Source: a virus (Duplodnaviria; Caudoviricetes). From it: 41,629 nucleotides of DNA. Shown here in pieces: positions 25,353 to 33,943 of this stretch. The stretch covers positions 1-41,629 of IMG/VR virus record IMGVR_UViG_3300021082_000060, one strand, 5' to 3'. Each line of letters starts with the position of its first letter. Position 1 is the first letter of the stretch. A program made the translations under genes and the position numbers. Under the pieces are notes generated by a model. That model was not told where the DNA came from, made no database searches, and saw nothing but the letters and a program-made list of their open reading frames with translations.

Positions 25353-26635
25353 GCGGAACTGACTTCACCATTACGCCCTACCTCGCGCTCTACAAGCCGA
25401 TCGCTGGCGCCGACGTGGGGAATTGGGGGCTGCACTGGAACGCAAACGCCGACGTGCTGGACGCGACGCTGAACGAGCATGCCGACGCAATCGACGCGAT
25501 GGATGGCGCGTTTCTGCCGCTGACCGGTGGCGTCCTCTCGGGGCCGACTTACATTGTCGCGACCGGCTCAACCACATCCCGCTCGATACAGGACCGGTGG
25601 GGCGCGCAGCCGAACGTGCGGGATTTCGGCGCTGTGCTGGATGGCACCGTCAACGACACCACTGCATGGAGCAATGCGCGCGCTGCCGCTTCCATCAATG
25701 GCACGGTCATCGTGCCGCGCGGGCGACAGAATGTGTTGGTAGCGCCGACTGCCGGTCCCGCGACGCCCGTGCTGTGGCAATACGATGGTGTGGTAACCGG
25801 GCCGACAGGCACCAACCCGGTGACCGTGATGGGCACCGATATCATCGAGAACTTCTTCAACGGCACCAAGTTCTACGGTCGCGGCAACTCAGCCGCCGCC
25901 ACCGGTCCAGTGCTGCGTGTCGATGGCAGATACAATCATACAGGCGGCACGAGCGGAAACACCGTCCAAACGCTGCAACTTAATCACAATGCGTCTGGCA
26001 CGTTCAACGAAGCAGTGTTCGGGTTTACTAGTCTTGCAGTTAGCACCAAAACAGGCGGCGGCAATGTCGTTGCACTGTTTGCATCCACCGATCGCAATGT
26101 GGGCGGGGCATTGAGCGGCATCTTCGGCGCTAACATCCTCGCCTCGGACAAGACAGGCAACAGGTCGACCGTCAGTGGTTCGATCGTCGGCGTAGAGTTC
26201 GACATCTCAGCCAACGATGTCGATGACGGTGGTGCTGCCATTGGCGCCATAACCGATCCAAGCCAGGGCATCCGTGTCGTTGTCGATGTTGTCACATCGA
26301 AGAACATCGGCGGCGGCGTGGATGCCACGATGGGTTGGGGCGTGCGTGTCGGCTCTGGCACCAACTGCACATTTGGCCGGCACTTTGCAGCGACAGGTGC
26401 ATTCAGCAAGGCGGCGATATCCACCGAGTATGCCGTGCAGGGCGCCAGCGCCAACGCGATATGGCTCGGCAACGATCATCGCATTGCGTTGCAGAAGGCG
26501 GGCACGTCTTACCTGCAATACCGCGTAGCCACGAACAAGCTCTATTACGTCGTGGGCGGCGTGGACAAGTTCAGCATCGACGCCAGCGGAAACATCCGCG
26601 CCGCGGGCACCATCACCGGAAGCGTGACGCCATGA
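25349..26635 (+). CDS. Tail fibre/spike protein
   Basis: TPYLALYKP...WG.HWN.N.D.LD attachment motif, FLPLTGG, NVRDFGAVLDG. Confidence 0.8.
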   Translation: MSGTDFTITPYLALYKPIAGADVGNWGLHWNANADVLDATLNEHADAIDAMDGAFLPLTGGVLSGPTYIVATGSTTSRSIQDRWGAQPNVRDFGAVLDGTVNDTTAWSNARAAASINGTVIVPRGRQNVLVAPTAGPATPVLWQYDGVVTGPTGTNPVTVMGTDIIENFFNGTKFYGRGNSAAATGPVLRVDGRYNHTGGTSGNTVQTLQLNHNASGTFNEAVFGFTSLAVSTKTGGGNVVALFASTDRNVGGALSGIFGANILASDKTGNRSTVSGSIVGVEFDISANDVDDGGAAIGAITDPSQGIRVVVDVVTSKNIGGGVDATMGWGVRVGSGTNCTFGRHFAATGAFSKAAISTEYAVQGASANAIWLGNDHRIALQKAGTSYLQYRVATNKLYYVVGGVDKFSIDASGNIRAAGTITGSVTP

Positions 26636-27645
26636 GCGAATACACCACCACGCCCAATCTTGGCCTCTACCTGCCGGTTCCCGGTGAGGATGATGATGCC
26701 TGGGGCGATCATCTGAATTTCAACACCACCACGCTGGACAGCGCGCTTGCCGACGGACCGTGGTTGCCACTGACCGGAGGTGGGCATCTGACCGGCGCCC
26801 TTACTCTCGACGGCGCGTTATCTGTCACCACTGGCCCGGGCATCCCGGCACTGATGGTAAGCACCAGCAAGACCGACACCGCTGCTGACTACGCATTCAA
26901 CACCTTCTCCAGCATTGTTAATTACACCGCCAACGCCACAGGCGGCGATAATCTGGCGCTCATAAGCTACATGGTCATGCGCCCTAACGGGCATCAGGTC
27001 ATGCTGTCGGGGCACACATGCGCCATCTATGCCAACGCTTATCTGGATAACGACGGGAACGCGGCAAGCCGGTGCGCGCAGCTTAATGGCGGCATGTTCG
27101 TCTCGGGGAATGGCGGTCCTGGAACGCTTGATCGTGGCGTCGATGTTTTCGGCCACGCTAACTTCAAGACCGGCGGCGGGACTATCACCGACCATTATTT
27201 TCTCTACCAAGAGGCTTCATCCGCTGCGACGCATGAATATGGCGCCTATTTCAGCGCGCCGATCGGTATTGGAACCACTGCGCCGACATACGCGCTGCAC
27301 ATAAACTGCGCTGGCGGTGCCAATGTCCCGTTCTCAAACGGGATCGCGGTGGACATGAGTGCTGACGGGTCGTTTTATGTGACCAGGACCGGGACGTATC
27401 TTTACCCCGGCTATAACCCCGGCGCTGGCGGATTCGGCTGCGTCGATCTCATCGTTGGCTACAATGGCACCGCAGAGCCAACCAATTCGACCAGGGGTTT
27501 CCTTTACATAACATCATGCCCCGGCACCCCTATCGGGGCGCCCCCGCAAGCGGCGATCGGGCGTTGTGCCATGCGCTACGACACGACGGCGAACAAGCTG
27601 TGGATACACAACGGCACCTCATGGCGCGGTGTGGTGCTGACCTAA
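26632..27645 (+). CDS. Tail fibre protein
   Basis: TTPNLGLYLP...WGDHLNFN...LD and WLPLTGG, matching the N-terminal module of the previous gene. Confidence 0.78.
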   Translation: MSEYTTTPNLGLYLPVPGEDDDAWGDHLNFNTTTLDSALADGPWLPLTGGGHLTGALTLDGALSVTTGPGIPALMVSTSKTDTAADYAFNTFSSIVNYTANATGGDNLALISYMVMRPNGHQVMLSGHTCAIYANAYLDNDGNAASRCAQLNGGMFVSGNGGPGTLDRGVDVFGHANFKTGGGTITDHYFLYQEASSAATHEYGAYFSAPIGIGTTAPTYALHINCAGGANVPFSNGIAVDMSADGSFYVTRTGTYLYPGYNPGAGGFGCVDLIVGYNGTAEPTNSTRGFLYITSCPGTPIGAPPQAAIGRCAMRYDTTANKLWIHNGTSWRGVVLT

Positions 27646-27665
27646 CCGGACCATAGGAGACAGAC

Positions 27666-27950
27666 ATGACAGTTCTCGCAGGCACCATCCGCGCATCATC
27701 CACCGGTAACCCGGATTGGCGGGCGTGCGACGGCGGCACGGTCTACGTCGGCGATAATAAGTTGGGCGGCATCCAGGTGCTGCCGCGCGCCGCTCCCGCG
27801 CCAGGGTTCGGTGATCACCGCGACTGGCGGCGCCGCGTCGGCACCAAGTATGGCTGGACCGGACTCGGGCCGAATGGATTCCGATTTCGCCTGCCTGTCG
27901 CGAAAGATGGGAATTATGTGAAGACGAATGATGATACCGCGGACACATGA
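27666..27950 (+). CDS. Small tail-collar-like protein
   Basis: DWRACDG...VGTKYG...FRLP collar-like motifs; AGGAG RBS. Confidence 0.55.
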   Translation: MTVLAGTIRASSTGNPDWRACDGGTVYVGDNKLGGIQVLPRAAPAPGFGDHRDWRRRVGTKYGWTGLGPNGFRFRLPVAKDGNYVKTNDDTADT

Positions 27951-28177
27951 TCATGAGCGACGCGCCACCCATTACGCCGGAACATCCGATTGCCGTGACG
28001 CTGACAGTGGCGCAGTGGCGGTCGGTGCTGGAGTTGCTCACCAACGGCCCCTACAGGGTCGTGGGGCCGCTCATCAGCACGATCGAGGCGCAGGCCAACG
28101 CCGAGATCGCCCGCCTCCAGCCGCCCCCACGGCGCGGCAATGGGGTAGAGGATGCGTCAGATGCCCGAGAGCACTAG
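27947..28177 (+). CDS. Hypothetical protein (possible fibre chaperone)
   Basis: ATGA coupling; GPYRVVGPLI..IE.Q. Confidence 0.6.
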   Translation: MIMSDAPPITPEHPIAVTLTVAQWRSVLELLTNGPYRVVGPLISTIEAQANAEIARLQPPPRRGNGVEDASDAREH

Positions 28178-28756
28178 CTGCGGCGCGGTGTGCTCTCGGT
28201 TGCGCTTGATATATGCGATCAGTTTCAGCAGGTGCGGCACGTCGTCGTTCACCATGCCAAGAGCTATGTTGCAGGGTTGGCAGATCCAGCCTCGGAAGTG
28301 CCCCTTTTGATGGCAATGGTCCCACATAATCTTTCTGTTCGTCTTGCTGCAGATATCGCATCTGTCAGGCTTTGGCCGACCGGCGGCCTCTTGCTGGCGT
28401 CTTTCGCGGTGCTTACGCCACTGCTCACGCTTTCGAAGCGGATCAAGCGCGTGCCGCTTCCGGCTCTGTTCAGCCTTGCGTGCCTTTATCTCGGGCCGAG
28501 TGCAATACGCCTTCAGTTTCGCGGCTACCTGGTCCTTGTTCTCGACCCGATAGCGGCGATACCTCGCTTTCTGTTTTGCTGGGTCTTTCCGTTTGTCGAT
28601 GGCTCGACGCTCTTCCTTGTGCGTCGCCTCGTAAATGCGGCTGTAGTCCCGCATCCGTTCCTTGTTCCGCATACGATAGGCGCGGGCTACAGCAGCGATC
28701 CTATCCTTGTTCTCGGCAAGGTAGCGTCGCCGTGCTTCTGGGTCTTTAAGTGGCAT
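28157..28756 (-). CDS. Endonuclease VII-like (HNH-type) homing endonuclease, inserted antisense
   Basis: CDIC...DHCH.KG.FRGWICQPCNIALGM..DD; basic helical repeats at the N-terminus. Confidence 0.85.
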   Translation of the reverse strand: MPLKDPEARRRYLAENKDRIAAVARAYRMRNKERMRDYSRIYEATHKEERRAIDKRKDPAKQKARYRRYRVENKDQVAAKLKAYCTRPEIKARKAEQSRKRHALDPLRKREQWRKHRERRQQEAAGRPKPDRCDICSKTNRKIMWDHCHQKGHFRGWICQPCNIALGMVNDDVPHLLKLIAYIKRNREHTAPQLVLSGI

Positions 28757-28849
28757 CAGCCTCGGTCCTTCTGTGAAAGGGTCGGGGTTAGGGGCGACAT
28801 AGGTGCTAGACACACCGCTGTCGCCCCGACACTAGCATAGGAACAGCCA

Positions 28850-29860
28850 ATGGCCGACAGCTACACGCAGAACCTTTCGCTAGTGAAACCAGAGGTGGGG
28901 GCCTCAAGAGATAGTTGGGGAAGTAAAACTAATTCCAACTGGGATGTGGTTGATGAATTTATCCAGATGGCCATGCCAGTTGGAGCGATTATCGATTATG
29001 CGGGACCAAACCCGCCCCCTGGGTGGTTGAGCTGCGATGGACGCGCAGTCTCGAGGACTACCTACAGCGAACTGTTTGCGTCAATTGGCGGGGCGTGGGG
29101 CAATGGGGACGGCTCCACCACGTTCAATCTTCCGCCGGCCAACGGTCGCGCGGCGATCGGCGCCGGCACCGTCACCGATAGCAACGGCGTCAGTCGCGCC
29201 TACACGTTCGCCAGCCGCACCGGCACGCTGACCTACACGCTGAAACAGGTGAACCTGCCGAATTTCACGCTTTACAGCGACCCGACCGGCGACCACAGCC
29301 ACGGTGGCGTCTCGGGCGCTTCCGGCAGTCACGCACACACCACTGACGTGCAAGGCGTACACAACCACGACACGGGCGGCACCGGGTTCGGGACGACATC
29401 GGCTGGCGACCACATGCACGCTGGGGGGACTGACGCGCAGGGCAACCACACCCATACCGTTGGGCTTTGGAACCTCGGCACGGGGGCTGCGCCCGGCGCG
29501 ACGGGCATCGTCAGCGACGCGTTCGGCGGCGCATCCTACACCACCAGCGTCAACGGCGCGCACATCCATTCCATCACCACCAACACCACGGGCGCCCATG
29601 CTCACAATCTGTATTGGGATGGCAGTCACGCGCACACCACCACCCTGGTTGCCAATCACCAGCACAGCATCAACACCGACGGCAACCACGCACACACCAT
29701 CTGGTCCGGCGGATCAGGCACGCCGTTCGATATGGTGCAGCCGGTCATGGTCGTCTCCAAGATCATCTACGCCGGGGCGCAGGCGGCACCCGCCGCTGCG
29801 ACCGCTGCAGTGCCGCTGGTGCGTCGGCTGATGTCAGCGCCGATGCGCGGGACTCACTGA
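28850..29860 (+). CDS. Tail collar domain fibre with His-rich GxHxH repeats
   Basis: PVGAII.YAG..PP.GWLSCDGRAVSRTTYSELFASIG..WG.GDGSTTFNLP and repeated GxHxH motifs. Confidence 0.88.
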   Translation: MADSYTQNLSLVKPEVGASRDSWGSKTNSNWDVVDEFIQMAMPVGAIIDYAGPNPPPGWLSCDGRAVSRTTYSELFASIGGAWGNGDGSTTFNLPPANGRAAIGAGTVTDSNGVSRAYTFASRTGTLTYTLKQVNLPNFTLYSDPTGDHSHGGVSGASGSHAHTTDVQGVHNHDTGGTGFGTTSAGDHMHAGGTDAQGNHTHTVGLWNLGTGAAPGATGIVSDAFGGASYTTSVNGAHIHSITTNTTGAHAHNLYWDGSHAHTTTLVANHQHSINTDGNHAHTIWSGGSGTPFDMVQPVMVVSKIIYAGAQAAPAAATAAVPLVRRLMSAPMRGTH

Positions 29861-29861
29861 C

Positions 29862-31424
29862 ATGCCGCGCATCCCGCAAGCGCCTCCCCCAGGTGTGGTG
29901 CGGAACGCGACGCCAGAGGCAACCATCGGAAGATGGTGGGATACGAATCTGATCCGCTTCAGAGGTGGCCAGTTGCAACCGATCGGTGGCAGCGCGGTGC
30001 TGCCAGGGTCGATCGTCGGGGCCAGTGCCGGCCTGCCGCGTGATCTGATTACGTGGCACGACAATGCGCGCATCCGCTGGGCTGCGTTCGGCACTGACAG
30101 CCGGCTGTTCGCCTACAGGTTCGACACCGACACCATTTACGATCTGACGCCGGCAGGTGTCGGGCCGCTCGATCCACCCGGCGCGCTGGTCGGGTATGGG
30201 CTGGGTGACTACGGCGAGGAGACCTACGGCACCGCGCGCGAATCCAGCAACGTCGGCATCCAGGATATCGCGGCGACGATGGGCGACCGCTGGTCGATGG
30301 ATACCTTCGGCGAGCGTCTGCTGATCGTGCCAACCCAGGACGGCCACCTGTTTGAATGGGACCCCAACACCCCGACAACACTGCCCGTGCTGGTGGCCGG
30401 TGCGCCGGACCAGAACCGCGGCGTCATAGTGACCGACCAGCGGCATGTCGTGCTGCTCGGTGCCGCCGGTGATCCGCGGAATGTCGCCTGGAGCGATCAG
30501 GAAGACCCGACCGTCTGGACGCCAACCGCAGTCAATCTGGCCGGGGACAAGCAACTGCAGACCCAGAGCTACGCCATGACGGCGATGAAGGTCAGCGACG
30601 GTATCCTGATCTTCACGGCGAATGACGTGCATAAAATGACCTACGTCGGCGCCCCGTATGCCTATGGGATTGTGGGGATCGCCTCGGGCTGCGGGCCGCT
30701 CTCGCTGCGTGCCGTGGCGGCGGTCGGCAACACCGTCATGTGGCCGGGACAGCAATCGTTCTGGGGTTATGCCGGCAACGTGCAGCCGGTGCCATGTGAT
30801 GTCGGAGATTGGTTTTTCTCACTGGTGAACCGGCAGATGGCTGGTCGGGTGTTCGGTAGTCCCAACCCGGCGTTTGGCGAGCTCTGGTGGGATTTCCCGG
30901 ACGAGGGCTCGCTCGAATGCAACCGCTATGTGGCGCTCAATTACAGCGACGCGGGAAAGCCGTGGACGATCGGCGTTCGCACCAGAACATGCGCTGACAT
31001 GAGCGGGGCGATGGACAATCCGATCATCGGCGGCCCGACGCATGACCCCGCACTCGGGGTGGATTACGGCGCGCTCTACCTCCACGAATTTGGCTACTCA
31101 GAGAACGGCGCGCCACGCGCCCCGGCGGGGATGGTGTATGCCGAGTCCGGCAACATCGTCATGGGCGAGGGCGATGCACGGTTCCACGTCAGGCAGCTGG
31201 TGCTGGATGCCGCCTCGGATGGCGGACTCGGCTACCGGTTCCTGGTGCGTGAACAGCCGCAGGGCGAGGAGTACGACACCGGGCTTCATACCGTGACCCG
31301 CGGTGGCCTGATGGACCTGCGGTTCTCTGGTCGGCACGTGCGGATGCGGATGGAGGCGTTGGCGGATGAGCCGTTCGCGGTCGGTCGGCCAAAGCTGGTG
31401 ATTAGGAAAGGGGGACGCAGGTAA
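29862..31424 (+). CDS. Tail nozzle/tubular (DNA stabilisation) protein
   Basis: 520 aa, beta-rich; WSMDTFGE and VAWSDQEDPTVWTP..NLAG; located before the ejection proteins. Confidence 0.75.
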   Translation: MPRIPQAPPPGVVRNATPEATIGRWWDTNLIRFRGGQLQPIGGSAVLPGSIVGASAGLPRDLITWHDNARIRWAAFGTDSRLFAYRFDTDTIYDLTPAGVGPLDPPGALVGYGLGDYGEETYGTARESSNVGIQDIAATMGDRWSMDTFGERLLIVPTQDGHLFEWDPNTPTTLPVLVAGAPDQNRGVIVTDQRHVVLLGAAGDPRNVAWSDQEDPTVWTPTAVNLAGDKQLQTQSYAMTAMKVSDGILIFTANDVHKMTYVGAPYAYGIVGIASGCGPLSLRAVAAVGNTVMWPGQQSFWGYAGNVQPVPCDVGDWFFSLVNRQMAGRVFGSPNPAFGELWWDFPDEGSLECNRYVALNYSDAGKPWTIGVRTRTCADMSGAMDNPIIGGPTHDPALGVDYGALYLHEFGYSENGAPRAPAGMVYAESGNIVMGEGDARFHVRQLVLDAASDGGLGYRFLVREQPQGEEYDTGLHTVTRGGLMDLRFSGRHVRMRMEALADEPFAVGRPKLVIRKGGRR

Positions 31425-31648
31425 TGCCGCGTCCGTATCATCCAGCGCCACCGTTCAGCGCGCCTACTGCGGGCAGCATCGATGAGCGCCTGGCGGTTAT
31501 GGCAGCGGCGATCTCGCGCAAGCAGGACCAGGGCATCCAGGGCACCGCGCAGCAGTTCATGGCGCTGATCTCGCCAAACGGCACCACGTATCGCATCGAG
31601 ATCGATGATGCCGGCGTGATGCACACGACCGTGGTGCCGCGCACATGA
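31424..31648 (+). CDS. Small virion-region protein
   Basis: TAATG coupling; LISPNGTTYRIEIDDAG. Confidence 0.65.
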   Translation: MPRPYHPAPPFSAPTAGSIDERLAVMAAAISRKQDQGIQGTAQQFMALISPNGTTYRIEIDDAGVMHTTVVPRT

Positions 31649-32013
31649 CGAACGAACAGAAGGTACGGCGGTTCGAGAAGGCGCTGGCGCAAGCTGGCAA
31701 CACTCACACCATTGCCGACGTCATGCAGCGGATCGAGCAGAACAAGGCGTGTTGCTGGACCAACGGTGATTCGGTCGTGGTCACCGAAGTCCTCGTGTTC
31801 CCCAGGCTGCGTGCGGTGAACTACTGGGTAGTGAGTGGCAAGCTGCAGGAGTGTGCTGCGCTACAGCCTGACATCGACGCGTGGGCGGTCAGTGAGGGCT
31901 GCAGCGTTGCCACGGCCACGGGCCGCATGGGATGGCTCAGGCTGAGTCAGACGCCGATCGGCGAAGGGTGGCACGCTGCCGGCATTAAATATCTGAAGGA
32001 GCTACGCCCATGA
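31645..32013 (+). CDS. GNAT-like conserved podophage protein
   Basis: VVTEVLVFPRLR...WA.SEGC...TGRMGW. Confidence 0.65.
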   Translation: MTNEQKVRRFEKALAQAGNTHTIADVMQRIEQNKACCWTNGDSVVVTEVLVFPRLRAVNYWVVSGKLQECAALQPDIDAWAVSEGCSVATATGRMGWLRLSQTPIGEGWHAAGIKYLKELRP

Positions 32014-33146
32014 GCGGTGGCGGCGGCAGCGGGTCATCAACCAACACAGTTCAGAACACCAACGCGTATATACCACCGTGGCTGGAGGGCTATTCAAAGG
32101 ACGCGGTAGACCGCGCCAACGCGCTATCCCTGAATGCGTATCAACCGTACGGTGGCCAGACCGTTGCGGGCATGGATCCGGCGCAGCAGCAGGCCTACAA
32201 CCAGGTCGCGGGCATGCAGGGCCTGGGGACCGGCGCCGCGGCCACCGGCATCAATGCTCAGGCAAATCTTGCCGGGCAGGTCTCGCCACTCACGGCTGGC
32301 GGCATCAACGCCAACGCCAACCAGTTGCAGCAAGGCTTCATGGGCCAGGTCTACGGACCGTCGCAGGGCTTGCTCGGCAACTATGCATCGCAGGGTCCGG
32401 CGACGGCGCAGGGCGTGGCGGCTGGCGCCAACCAACTGATGTCGCCCTACACCCAGTCGGTGGTCGACCCGGCGAACCAGCTGATGCAGCAGCAGTTGCG
32501 CAGCAACCTCAACGCGATCGGTGCCGGGGCGAATCAGGCGGGTGCGTTCGGTGGCAGCAGGCAGGGCGTGCAAGAGGGCATCGCGCAATCACAGGCGGCG
32601 CTAGGGTCGGAGAAGTATCTCGGCGACCTGCTCAACAACCAGTGGAATCAGGCCACCGGCATCAGTCGGGACGTGGCGTTGCAGGCCGGGCAGCAGGGTC
32701 TCGCCTCCAATACCGCGCTGGCCAACCTGCTACAGGGTGGCTACGGGGCCAACCAGAGGCTCGGCGCCGACATCATGTCGTCCAACCTCAGCCAGGGCCT
32801 CGGCGCGGCGCAGAACCTGCCGCAAAGCCTGACGTCGCTGCAGAACATGATGCTGGGCCAGTCCAATGCGCTGAACCAGGCTGGCACGCTGCAGCAGCAG
32901 TATCAGCAGCAGTTGCTGAATGCGCAGCAGGGAGCTTTCGCACAGCAACAGGCATTCCCGTATCAGCAGTTGCAGACGTTGCTCGGCGCGGTGTCGGGCA
33001 TCCCCTACAGCACATCCAATACGGGCTTCGCGCAGGAGATGAACCCGTACTATTCGAACCCGATAGGACAAGGCATCGGAGGGGCGGCGACAGTCTTAGG
33101 GTTGGGCGGCGAGCTTATCGACCAGATAAACGCGGGGGGCGCGTAG
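32010..33146 (+). CDS. DNA ejection/pilot (internal virion) protein
   Basis: YQPYGGQTVAG, MSPYTQSVVD, AGAFGGSRQG; Gln/Gly-rich. Confidence 0.75.
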   Translation: MSGGGGSGSSTNTVQNTNAYIPPWLEGYSKDAVDRANALSLNAYQPYGGQTVAGMDPAQQQAYNQVAGMQGLGTGAAATGINAQANLAGQVSPLTAGGINANANQLQQGFMGQVYGPSQGLLGNYASQGPATAQGVAAGANQLMSPYTQSVVDPANQLMQQQLRSNLNAIGAGANQAGAFGGSRQGVQEGIAQSQAALGSEKYLGDLLNNQWNQATGISRDVALQAGQQGLASNTALANLLQGGYGANQRLGADIMSSNLSQGLGAAQNLPQSLTSLQNMMLGQSNALNQAGTLQQQYQQQLLNAQQGAFAQQQAFPYQQLQTLLGAVSGIPYSTSNTGFAQEMNPYYSNPIGQGIGGAATVLGLGGELIDQINAGGA

Positions 33147-33899
33147 ATGGCAGACGCTGGCGTAGGCGAGGCGGCTCTGATCGCTGCGGTGGCTCCGGAG
33201 GTGATCGGCGGCACTGTAGCGGCAGGGACCACGGCAGCGACGACGGCGGCGGCGCTGGCGGCGATGGCACCGGAGGCGATCGGTGCAGCTGGGGCACTCG
33301 CTGGGACAGCCGCTGTGGCGCCGGAGATAGCGGCGGCTGCGGTGCCCACGCTCGGGTTAGCGATACCCACGACGGCAGCCGAGGCGGCGGCGACGCTTGC
33401 GCCCACGGTGGCGACCGAGGCACCGATCTCGCTGTTTTCCACCCAAAGCCAGCCGGTCACTGGCGGGCTGCTGGGCCAGGCCGCGCAGGGCGGCACGGTT
33501 ACGGATGCGTCGTTGCTGGGGCCTGCCGCGGCCCCGGAAGGCGTCCCAACCGTCACGCCGAGTGGTGTCCAGGTCGGCACCGAGGCGTTCGGGCCGAAGG
33601 AGGTGCCTGGCCTGCTCGATAAGGCGGCGACGTGGTGGGACAAGGCGACGCTGGGCGAGAAGCTGAAGGCGGGCGGCACATTGCTGTCTGGTGCCAGTAC
33701 CGCGGCCAAGGCGGCGACGCCCACCGGCACGTCGGCTGGCCCCAAGACCACGATCAAACCGGGCAGCACCGGCAAGCCGATGGGCGGCGAGCAGACGCTG
33801 GCACAGGTGGTCGAGGCGCTGCTGAAACGCCGGGACGCCTACACCGGGGCGCAATACGGCACTCCGGTCGCGTATCGGCCACGCGGGTTGCTGGGGTGA
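33147..33899 (+). CDS. Ala-rich internal virion/ejection protein
   Basis: Hydrophobic Ala/Gly-rich sequence within the ejection cluster. Confidence 0.6.
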   Translation: MADAGVGEAALIAAVAPEVIGGTVAAGTTAATTAAALAAMAPEAIGAAGALAGTAAVAPEIAAAAVPTLGLAIPTTAAEAAATLAPTVATEAPISLFSTQSQPVTGGLLGQAAQGGTVTDASLLGPAAAPEGVPTVTPSGVQVGTEAFGPKEVPGLLDKAATWWDKATLGEKLKAGGTLLSGASTAAKAATPTGTSAGPKTTIKPGSTGKPMGGEQTLAQVVEALLKRRDAYTGAQYGTPVAYRPRGLLG

Positions 33900-33943
33900 A
33901 TAAGGCGGCGCCTCATAAGGCGCGGTAAGCAAAGGGGACCGCC

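Noticed and set aside
32078-33622. 514-aa Gly/Arg-rich ORF
   Set aside because: Alternative frame overlapping two convincing ejection-protein genes.
33897-33935. Possible additional GGY-NN unit (TAAGGCG repeated)
   Set aside because: No sustained 5-nt period, GGCA delimiter or leader.
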